From: Vicinamibacterales bacterium
GTDB lineage: Bacteria; Acidobacteriota; Vicinamibacteria; Vicinamibacterales; SCN-69-37
Length of the DNA stretch: 64,000 bases
Direction of reading: 5' to 3'
Assembly: GCA_035606665.1 (NCBI GenBank)
Contig: DATNEY010000027.1
Span: 133,787 to 197,786 of the forward strand
Under the pieces are notes generated by a model. The model was not told where the DNA came from, searched no databases, and saw only the letters and a program-made list of their open reading frames with translations. Both the position numbers and the translations under genes were made by a program. Below, piece after piece: positions 27,475 through 35,182 of this stretch (positions within the stretch are counted from its first letter, which is position 1; the number at the start of each line of letters is the position of its first letter).

Positions 27475-28533
27475 ATGGCCTTCAGCGATGAGGATCTCGG
27501 CAGGTTGTGGGGCGTTCTCCGAGCCCAATTGGCAACTCTGTCGATCCAGAACATTCGCACCACTGCGGGTTCCGCCGGCTTTGATGTATCCAAGATCCCT
27601 GCGACATCTGAGGCGAGGACCGGCCTCGGAAGTCGGGCAGAGGTCCTGCCTGCGCTAGACGGCCTCGTGAATCGCCTCTCCGTCGAGACCAAAGCACAGA
27701 TCCTTAAAATGCTGGCCCGCCGACTCTTGGAGAACCCCGCGACGGCGGACGGGACCCTCGCGAGGCTGACCGAGCAAGGACTGTTACCCGACATTGCCGC
27801 CAAGCCAGCCGACAACGACCACCTAACTGACCTCGGATCCCGAAAGGCATACGAGTCGTCCTTGGGCGAATGCGTCGAAGCCGCTAAGGCGACCGGTGAA
27901 CCGATGGCGCTCCTCTGGTTCGACATTGACAAGTTCAAGAGCGTTAACGATGACAATGGCGGTCACGCGATAGGCGACGAGGCCTTGCGTTCGGTTGCAG
28001 CGATAGCAAGTTCCGCCGCAAGAGGCAAAGGGACTGCCTATCGGGTTGGCGGCGACGAGTTCGCGATTCTGCTTCCAAATCACTCGGCCCAAGAAGGCCT
28101 CGCGGTTGCGGAACGAATCAGGAAGACGGTAAACGAAGTGCCGCATACGTCCCGTCACTTGACGCTGAGCGTCAGCATCGGCGTTGCCGCATTTCCATCC
28201 CACGGACAAGATGGCCCGAGTCTTCAACATGCGGCCGACCAGGCGGCGTACGATGCCAAGAATCGAGGTCGGAATCTCGTTCGAGTCTCCGGGGAACCTG
28301 AGCCATCCAAGCCGTCTCAAGATCGGCAGCCGGAACGACGGGAACCGCCATCCGCTGCGCTGAGTGATGAACAGGGCCGACAGATCAAGCTCACCTACTT
28401 TCGAACGCGCACGGCTCGCTGTCCGCACGATGACGCAGTCATGAGCGTGACTGAGACGAACGGCCTTGGTGCAACCAACAACTCAATATTCGTGGTGTGC
28501 CCATACTGCGGACTCTCGGAAATGATCGAATAG
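27475..28533 (+). CDS. GGDEF-domain diguanylate cyclase with uncharacterised N-terminal domain and C-terminal Cys/His cluster
   Basis: DIDKFKSVNDDNGGHAIGDEAL and RVGGDEFAILL are intact. There is RGKG where the RxxD I-site would be. C-terminal RCPHDD...VVCPYCG. Confidence 0.85.
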   Translation: MAFSDEDLGRLWGVLRAQLATLSIQNIRTTAGSAGFDVSKIPATSEARTGLGSRAEVLPALDGLVNRLSVETKAQILKMLARRLLENPATADGTLARLTEQGLLPDIAAKPADNDHLTDLGSRKAYESSLGECVEAAKATGEPMALLWFDIDKFKSVNDDNGGHAIGDEALRSVAAIASSAARGKGTAYRVGGDEFAILLPNHSAQEGLAVAERIRKTVNEVPHTSRHLTLSVSIGVAAFPSHGQDGPSLQHAADQAAYDAKNRGRNLVRVSGEPEPSKPSQDRQPERREPPSAALSDEQGRQIKLTYFRTRTARCPHDDAVMSVTETNGLGATNNSIFVVCPYCGLSEMIE

Positions 28534-28700
28534 CGGCGGAGGCCCAGCCTGCAGCAGCCGGGTGGCGGGCCGGAAGGCCGGGACGTATTAGCACCTACCC
28601 CCGAGCCTGAAGTGCCCTCCTGCAGAGCGTGGCAGGCTGGAGCCAAGCAGTTGAGCGCCTGCCCTTGCGAACCTCGCCGATTCTGCCAAGATGACGGCTA

Positions 28701-29429
28701 ATGTCGGGTCCAGCACTCTCCACGTACATCGACGAGGACCGCGACCGCATTCTTGCGTGGGCTCGATACGTTTTCTATGCAGAGATCGAGTGCGAGCAGT
28801 ACAACGCGCACGAGATGGCGGAGGACGAATCGCCAATCGGTCGCACTCTCGTCCTCATGATGCAGTTCTATGCGGCCCTTTGGGTGGTTGCTGAGGGCTG
28901 GCAAGACTGCCCATTGACGGATGAAACGATCGACGAGCTGCTAACCGATCCTGCCTTTGAACAGAACGTTACACTGCTGCGGCGATTCCGAAACGGCGTC
29001 TATCACTACCAGCCCCAACAGATAAACGAAAAGGTACTCGCGTTTCTGCGCGACGGCTCAGAGCATGCCATCGCGTGGGCGTTCTTGCTGCATGACGAAT
29101 TCAAGCGGGTCGTGTGGGAACTCGCGCACCCGCGCGGTGTCAGCCCTTCACAGCAAATCGAGATCGCAGATTCACTTCGCGGCATCATCGGATGGCTGCC
29201 AAGTGATCTTCCCGAGGCGCAACCGCTTCGTGCTGCCGAGCAGTATCGCGAAGTCGCGGCTATGGTTCTGAAGGACGGAAGCCGGAATACCCCGCACGCT
29301 CGCGAACTGTTGGATGCCGTGAATCATGTTCGAGCGACCGCCCATGACGCTGCAGCCGGCTGGACCGCGCACAAGCGAGCGATGATTGAAGCGCTGAAGA
29401 AGCAGAAACGAATGGGCTTGGATACATGA
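28701..29429 (+). CDS. Hypothetical protein with HEPN-like RNxxxH motif (island ORF1)
   Basis: LLRRFRNGVYHYQ lies in a predicted helical context that aligns by eye with the motif region of ORF3/ORF4. The rest of the protein is not recognised. Confidence 0.5.
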   Translation: MSGPALSTYIDEDRDRILAWARYVFYAEIECEQYNAHEMAEDESPIGRTLVLMMQFYAALWVVAEGWQDCPLTDETIDELLTDPAFEQNVTLLRRFRNGVYHYQPQQINEKVLAFLRDGSEHAIAWAFLLHDEFKRVVWELAHPRGVSPSQQIEIADSLRGIIGWLPSDLPEAQPLRAAEQYREVAAMVLKDGSRNTPHARELLDAVNHVRATAHDAAAGWTAHKRAMIEALKKQKRMGLDT

Positions 29430-30358
29430 CAATGGGCGACGTCTTCTCGAAGATTCGATCTCTTGCGGTCAGCCACGTCGAGGCTGAGTCCGAACTTCGC
29501 ACCTCATTGCTGGCATTTGCGACCCGTCTGGTGGAGTCCACGTCCGGCGCGGACGTTTCGGTTTCCAGCGACAACACCACATTCGAAGAGGACGGCAGCG
29601 GCGACGCGGTTTATGGCCACCTGTTCTATTCACGCGGCACCGTTGCTGTAGCGTATCGGCACAGCGAAGAAGACACGATGCAATACCTGCATCAAGAGGA
29701 TCTTGACGAACCTACGTTTCACATCAAGAAGCTTGAGGACTGCTCCGAGAAGTGGCTGAGGGCGATCTCGCAACCGCGTGTCATTGATTCGCTCCTTCAG
29801 AAAATGGTTGCGGAGCTTGAGGCGCAACACACGTCAGTCAGCGCCAGCATTCGAAACATCGGACAAACGCTGAACGTGCCCGTGAGAAATGCTGAGGACG
29901 CTCTCGAAGCCGCAGCACGCGAGTTGGGCTATGACGATGTCATCAGCGAGTGGCAGAGTGCCCAAGCTGCCGTGTACCGCGATCCGCGCGATGCAATTAC
30001 GCGGGCTTCCAGCCTTGTCGAGACGGTCTGCAAGCATGTGCTGACCGCGAGGGGCGTCCAGTTTCCGTCAGACCTGACCATTCAGGGGTTGCTGAAGAGC
30101 GTGCTGAAGGTTCTCGGCTGGAGTCCTGAGTCGCAGGCCAACGAGGATCTTCGGAAAACAGCTGGCGGGATCATGACCGTCATTTTCAGTCTTGGCGCGT
30201 GGCGGACTCATGAAGGAACTGCGCACGGTCGCGCGCCTGGAGACCGCATGCCGACGCACGTCGAAGCGCGTCTCGCCGTCAACTTGGCAGGCGTGGCCTC
30301 GACGTTCCTGATGGAAGCGGCAAATCGGTCAAGAGACGGATCGCCATTAGGTTCTTGA
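29426..30358 (+). CDS. Abi_C (abortive infection C-terminus, HEPN-type) domain protein (island ORF2)
   Basis: The C-terminal RDAITRASSLVETVCKHVL...LLKSVLKVLGW...SLGAWRTHEGTAHGRAPGD...ARLAVNLAGVASTFL follows the Abi_C pattern as I recall it. There is a 4-nt ATGA overlap with ORF1. Confidence 0.75.
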   Translation: MTMGDVFSKIRSLAVSHVEAESELRTSLLAFATRLVESTSGADVSVSSDNTTFEEDGSGDAVYGHLFYSRGTVAVAYRHSEEDTMQYLHQEDLDEPTFHIKKLEDCSEKWLRAISQPRVIDSLLQKMVAELEAQHTSVSASIRNIGQTLNVPVRNAEDALEAAARELGYDDVISEWQSAQAAVYRDPRDAITRASSLVETVCKHVLTARGVQFPSDLTIQGLLKSVLKVLGWSPESQANEDLRKTAGGIMTVIFSLGAWRTHEGTAHGRAPGDRMPTHVEARLAVNLAGVASTFLMEAANRSRDGSPLGS

Positions 30359-30359
30359 C

Positions 30360-30830
30360 ATGGATCGAGACGAAATGGTTCGTGAGACGTACGCGCACTT
30401 TGGGCTGGCTATCTTCCGGGCCCAAGGCCTTGAACACGCCATCGTGAACGCAATGGTAGTTGCCCGAATGCCGGATCGTGCGCGAATTACCCGGAACGAC
30501 ATCGACGCCTTCATGGATCGGCACTTCAAGCAAACACTTGGTCAGCTCATGCGAGCTCTGAACAAGTTCGTCACAGTGCCTTCGGATGTGACAGACGTTC
30601 TCGACCGAGCGCTGACAAGACGCAATTGGCTGGCGCACGACTACTTCCGCGAGCGCGCCGCTGAGTTCATGACCAACAGTGGCTGCCTTCAGATGATCAG
30701 CGAACTACAGGCGGCGCAACAACTCTTTGCTGACGCCTCCGGGGCGCTTGATGACCTCGTTCGGCCCATCCGTGAGCAGTTCGGAATCACGGACGCAGCG
30801 ATTGCATCCGAAGTCGAGGCCAGCACGTGA
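30360..30830 (+). CDS. HEPN-like protein, RNxxxH motif (island ORF3)
   Basis: ALTRRNWLAHDYF. Paralogue of ORF4. Starts 1 nt after the ORF2 stop. Confidence 0.6.
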   Translation: MDRDEMVRETYAHFGLAIFRAQGLEHAIVNAMVVARMPDRARITRNDIDAFMDRHFKQTLGQLMRALNKFVTVPSDVTDVLDRALTRRNWLAHDYFRERAAEFMTNSGCLQMISELQAAQQLFADASGALDDLVRPIREQFGITDAAIASEVEAST

Positions 30831-31291
30831 CGTCACTCGACGATGTCTACCGCAAGTTCGGTGAGGTGGCAGAAGCGGCGCAGCTTCTGGAAACTGAGCT
30901 GGGAAACCACCTACTCGAGCGTCGCGGGCGTGAACACGGTTGGTATGAACAACCAAATCCCGTAGCCGCTCGGGCGGCGCTGGACCAAATTGACCGCAGC
31001 ACTCTAGGTCAGCTTCTCCGACAACTGCCAGGGCTCAAGGAGAACAGCGACGATGCGACTGACCTGCTCGTGCGCGCATTGGACGAACGGAACCGGCTGT
31101 TTCATTCCTTCTATCGCCAGCACAACTTCAGAAGGAATTCGACGGACGGCTGTCAGGTGATGCTCGATGATCTAGAGTCGATCCACGAGATCATCATCAC
31201 CGCGTATAAGTTCGTGCTGCGGACTGTAGGCATTGATTTGGACGCGATTGTCTTGGACAAGCTGCCATCCAAGCACCTCGACCTCGACTGA
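30827..31291 (+). CDS. HEPN-like protein, RNxxxH motif (island ORF4)
   Basis: ALDERNRLFHSFY. Shares TLGQL(M/L)R, D(V/L)L.RAL and GC(L/Q)(Q/V)M blocks with ORF3. 4-nt GTGA overlap with ORF3. Confidence 0.6.
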   Translation: MTSLDDVYRKFGEVAEAAQLLETELGNHLLERRGREHGWYEQPNPVAARAALDQIDRSTLGQLLRQLPGLKENSDDATDLLVRALDERNRLFHSFYRQHNFRRNSTDGCQVMLDDLESIHEIIITAYKFVLRTVGIDLDAIVLDKLPSKHLDLD

Positions 31292-31411
31292 CAGATCGCC
31301 TGTCAGGTTTCTTGTTGGCGGGCGGCGTACGGCTTTGGTATCATGCCCACTGGATCGAAATAGGCGCGCACCGCTCTCCCAAGGGCTAACGCGTGATCCC
31401 CGTCGATTACG

Positions 31412-31969
31412 GTGAATCGACGCGAGTTGACCATTTTCACCAAGATGGAGGGTAGTGGTGTGGCTGAAATCTCCTCGCCGTCGGAACGTCTTGCCGACGC
31501 CTACAAACGCCTCGTCGTCGCGGCTGCAAGTCATCGATCGGCATCCCACGAATTCACGAAGCCGTTTGCGGAAATCGAGCGTGCAATAAAGGACCTAAAC
31601 CTACCTGTCGCCACGTGGCAAAAGATTGCGGGCGGCGAGGACAACTACGGCGGCTATTGGAGCCGTGATGTTGGCTACGCCAGAACCAAGGGCATTTGGG
31701 GACTCGCGCTTCGGTCTGTGCGTGGTCACGAGTCTTGGGAGGAAGACGACAGTGAACAATGGCCTTTCGACGAAGCTCCGAGTTCGCTGCGCTTGGAAGC
31801 GTTAGAAAAGCTGCCCGACCTGCTCGAACAGATCATCAAGAACGCGGAAAAGACAACGCGGAAGCTCGAAGAGAAAACGCCTGAAGCGCAAGATCTGGCA
31901 CGTGCCATCAAGGATGCCTCCGCTGAACTACGTGAAGAGGCGAAGCGGCTTAAGGGGCGTGCGCGATGA
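31412..31969 (+). CDS. Hypothetical protein (island ORF5)
   Basis: 185-aa ORF with a Glu/Lys-rich helical C-terminus. An alternative start is MEGSGVAEI at 31445. No recognised domain. Confidence 0.45.
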   Translation: MNRRELTIFTKMEGSGVAEISSPSERLADAYKRLVVAAASHRSASHEFTKPFAEIERAIKDLNLPVATWQKIAGGEDNYGGYWSRDVGYARTKGIWGLALRSVRGHESWEEDDSEQWPFDEAPSSLRLEALEKLPDLLEQIIKNAEKTTRKLEEKTPEAQDLARAIKDASAELREEAKRLKGRAR

Positions 31970-32100
31970 CGACGATCAGCGAACTCGGCGGATTGTTTGT
32001 CCTTCTGTCGGCGCTCATGACTCCGCTGCTCTATGCGATCTACAAGGGACACGACGTCAGCTTTCATCTCCACTTGCGCCGTAGAAACAGGCGGCGATGA
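31966..32100 (+). CDS. Possible 44-aa single-pass membrane peptide (island ORF6)
   Basis: My translation is MTTISELGGLFVLLSALMTPLLYAIYKGHDVSFHLHLRRRNRRR. ATGA overlap with the ORF5 stop. It falls below the ORF-track size cutoff. Confidence 0.35.
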   Translation: MTTISELGGLFVLLSALMTPLLYAIYKGHDVSFHLHLRRRNRRR

Positions 32101-32155
32101 CATCATGAACGCGGTTCCAGTGTCGACTCCGTCGAAATTGTGGTCGGCGTGAGCG

Positions 32156-32420
32156 ATGGCATTACAGTGGTTTGACGGCGCCAGCTGGCAGGACTACATC
32201 ACGACGGTCATCTGCTCGGACTTCCGACAGTTTGGTGACGTGGTGAAGACGCGAATCCTGCCAGTCTTCGATGGCATAAAGGACGAGGCCGACGATGTTG
32301 CGATCCGCAGCTATCAGGACGGTTTGGCCCAAGCGTCGATACACCTTTGGGATGAACGGAGTCTCATCCACTCCGCTGAAATGACTGGCTTCCAGCATCA
32401 CGAGATGCTGACGTCGATGA
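32156..32420 (+). pseudogene. 5' fragment of an unknown gene abutting the recombinase remnant
   Basis: Track ORF 32156..32737 starts with ordinary-looking sequence (MALQWFDGASWQDYITTVICSDF...). After about 32420 it runs out of frame through recombinase-coding DNA. Confidence 0.3.
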
Positions 32421-33467
32421 AGTGGGCCACGATTCGTCCGACGCGAGATCTACCGCGGCGTCATCGTCTGGAACAAATCACGCAAGCGCGACGACACGCG
32501 CCAAGTGAATCAGCGGCCGCGCCCCGAGTCGGAGTGGCTGCGCTACGACGCACCCGATCTCCGCATCATCGACGAAGCGCTGTGGCGGCGCGTCCAGCAG
32601 AGACTGGAGGAAGGCGCGACGCTCGCCGCGCGGCTGACGAATGGCCGCTTGCAGGGCCGACCGCCGAAGACGCCAACCAACAACCTGCTGGCGGGCTTGG
32701 CGAACTGCGGCCTCTGCGGCGGCAGCTTGGTCGTTGAGAAAAGCCCCAGAAAGCACGGCCGGGTGCCGGAATACATCTGCTACCGCCACCGCGCGACCGG
32801 CGCATGCGAGAACGCGCTCCGCATGCCGGTCGCGGAGTTGAACGAGGCGGTCCTTCAGGCGATCGAAGCCCACGCCCTCACGCCCGAGGCGATCGAACAG
32901 GTGATCCACCTCTCAGAGCGGAGCGACACGGCTGAACACCAAGCGCGGCTGGCCCGAGAGCGGAAGGATGTCGAGAAGAAAGTCGGGCGGCTGGTCGCGG
33001 CCGTCGCCGAGGCCGGTGACGTGGCCTCGCTGGTCGAGAAGCTGCGTGAGTTGGAAGCGCGACTCAAGGCCATCGACCATGAGGTCAGAACCCTTCAGCC
33101 CGTCCCACACTTGCCCCCGAATGTGATCGAGAACCGGCTGGCCGAGTGGCGGCGGATTCTTCGAGGTTCGACCACTCAGGGCCGCACGGTGCTTCAGAAG
33201 ATTCTCAAAGGTCGGCTGACCTTCATGCCACGCGCGGACGGGCTCGGATACGACTTCTCAGGTCCGACGCGCTTCGACAAGCTCTTTACAGGCGTCTCCT
33301 GCCCGCCAGCGCCCGCGTGGATCGCGAACGATCGGCGGGGGCTGGAGAACACGAGCCCGGACGATACGTTCGATGGCGACTATGGGCGGCTGCTGGAACG
33401 CGCTTACGAGAAGAGCGTAAAAGTATTGGCGTCCCCGGCGGGAATCGAACCCGCGTCTCGGCCTTGA
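32421..33467 (+). pseudogene. Large serine recombinase lacking its N-terminal resolvase catalytic domain
   Basis: The frame opens right after the stop at 32418-32420 and reads ...EIYRGVIVWNKSRKRDD...LRIIDEALWRRVQ... (recombinase domain), NCGLCGGSL...YICYRHR..GAC (zinc-ribbon domain), then a coiled coil. No Ser-catalytic domain lies upstream. The 3' end runs about 40 nt into the tRNA-Glu gene. Confidence 0.75.
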
Positions 33468-33501
33468 AAGGGCCGCGTCCTAGCCGCTGGACGACGGGGA
33501 C
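33427..33501 (-). tRNA. tRNA-Glu (anticodon UUC), CCA encoded
   Basis: Hand-folded: GTCCCCG/CGGGGAC acceptor, GTCC/GGAC D stem, CGGCC-CUUUCAA-GGCCG anticodon arm, GCGGG-TTCGATT-CCCGC T arm, then GCCA. Confidence 0.9.
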
Positions 33502-33595
33502 ACACGAACCTGAGAATCCGCAGCACCCGTTCGTCCCGTCGAACCCGTAGGACCCGCAGTACCCGCGCTCTCGCAGCCGTTAAGATTAACACGCC

Positions 33596-35182
33596 ATGCG
33601 GCCACGCCCTCTGACCTCCGTCCTCGTACTTACCCTTGCCCTCTGCCCCCTGCCCTCTGCCCTCGAGGCTGTGCAGGCCCAGCGTTCATTCAATGTCGTC
33701 GAAGCGACCATCGCGGACATCCATGCGGCGTTCAAGGCAAAGCGGCTGACGTGCGCGGCGCTCGTGGATGCGTACCTCGCGCGAATTGCGGCGTACGACA
33801 AACAGGGGCCATCGCTGAACGCAGTCGTCGTTACGAACCCTGAAGCGCCGAAGCGCGCGGCCGAGTTGGACCGCGAGTACGCGCGACGTGGATTGACCGG
33901 CCCGCTCCATTGCATCCCAATGGTCGTGAAGGACAACTACGAGACGATCGGACTGCAAAGCGCCAACGGATCGAAATCGATGGAGGGCTTCGTCTCGGAC
34001 AAGGATGCCTTCCAGGTTGCCCGCATCAAAGCCGCCGGCGCCATCGTCATCGCCAAGACCAACATGGCTGAGTTCGCGTTCAGCCCTCAGGAATCGCTGA
34101 GTTCCATCCAGGGACACACGAAGAACCCGTACGGTCTCGATCGCGTGCCGGCCGGATCGAGCGGCGGCACCGCCGCATCCGTTGCCGCGAGCTTCGCGGC
34201 AGTCGGACTCGGCAGCGACACTGGCAACTCAATCCGCGGGCCGTCTGCGCACAACGCCCTCGTAGGGATTCGTTCAACGATGGGCCTCACGAGCCGCGCG
34301 GGCGTGGTCCCGCTGAGCTACCTGGCCGATATTGCCGGCCCGATGGCGAGGACGGTTGAGGACGCGGTTCGTGTCTTCCAGGTCGTCGTCGGCGAAGACC
34401 CGGAGGATCCAGTCACGGCAAGAAGTCACGGCCGGAAGATTCCGAACTACAGCGCATCGCTTGTCCGCACAGGACTCAAGGGCGCGCGGATCGGCATTCT
34501 GCGACAGGCCTACGAGCGGCCGAATCAAACCGTCGACGATGAAGTCGTCAAAGTGTTCACGCGCGCGCTCGAAGACCTGAAGAAGGCGGGCGCGACGGTT
34601 GTTGACGGCGTCACGATCGAACGCGTGCAACGGCAGCAGGTCCAGGGCGGCGGTTCGTGCCGCGGCTTCAAGTACGACATCAATGACTATCTGGCCACGC
34701 GGGGCCAGAAAGCGCCCGTTCACTCCCTTGAAGAGATCGTGGCATCGGGCAAGTTCGACCCCTCGGTCGCCAACCGCTTGAAGCAAGCACAGTCTGGCAA
34801 TCTTGGCGCGGGCCCGGACAGCGAGGCGTGCAAGGCAGACGCCGGGTATCGCGAAGCATTCGGCGCCGCAATCATCAAGGTGATGGACGAACAAAAACTG
34901 GACGCGCTCGTGTACCCGACCTGGAGTCACCCGCCGCGGCCCATCGTCGCTGACGCTCAGACACCCACCGGCGACAACAGCCAGGTGTATTCGCCGACGT
35001 CGGGCTTCCCCGCCATCACCGTGCCGATGGGCTACACGCGCGAGACGCTGCCGGCCGGCATGACGTTCCTCGGCCGGGCGTGGGACGAGCCGCGTCTCAT
35101 CAAGCTTGCGTACGGATACGAGCAGGCGACGAAGCATCGACACGCTCCCGCCTCGACGCCGCCGCTCGGCGCCGTGAAGTAG
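33596..35182 (+). CDS. Amidase (amidase-signature family), secreted
   Basis: Signal peptide. GGSSGG-type block PAGSSGGTAASVAA...GSDTGNSIRGPSA. Confidence 0.88.
   Translation: MRPRPLTSVLVLTLALCPLPSALEAVQAQRSFNVVEATIADIHAAFKAKRLTCAALVDAYLARIAAYDKQGPSLNAVVVTNPEAPKRAAELDREYARRGLTGPLHCIPMVVKDNYETIGLQSANGSKSMEGFVSDKDAFQVARIKAAGAIVIAKTNMAEFAFSPQESLSSIQGHTKNPYGLDRVPAGSSGGTAASVAASFAAVGLGSDTGNSIRGPSAHNALVGIRSTMGLTSRAGVVPLSYLADIAGPMARTVEDAVRVFQVVVGEDPEDPVTARSHGRKIPNYSASLVRTGLKGARIGILRQAYERPNQTVDDEVVKVFTRALEDLKKAGATVVDGVTIERVQRQQVQGGGSCRGFKYDINDYLATRGQKAPVHSLEEIVASGKFDPSVANRLKQAQSGNLGAGPDSEACKADAGYREAFGAAIIKVMDEQKLDALVYPTWSHPPRPIVADAQTPTGDNSQVYSPTSGFPAITVPMGYTRETLPAGMTFLGRAWDEPRLIKLAYGYEQATKHRHAPASTPPLGAVK

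Larger units (their letters stand above)
27179..33501. mobile_element. Degenerate integrated genomic island at tRNA-Glu(UUC)
   Basis: The right end is tRNA-Glu plus a recombinase remnant. The left end has tRNA-3'-like repeats and the 24-nt direct repeat AGCGTA(G/A)AAGTATTGGCGTCCCCG (27223-27246 versus 33414-33437, 23/24). The interior is visibly more AT-rich than the flanks. Confidence 0.65.

Noticed and set aside
31292-31411. Possible promoter (TGGTATCAT extended -10-like) and 7-bp inverted repeat GTCGATT/AATCGAC before island ORF5
   Set aside because: No convincing -35 element lies at proper spacing, and the inverted repeat overlaps the alternative GTG start. This is too weak to annotate.
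33502-33595. Simple CCGCAG(C/T)ACCCG-type repeats upstream of tRNA-Glu as a promoter or att feature
   Set aside because: Only two short imperfect copies exist, and I could not place any clear -35/-10 elements.
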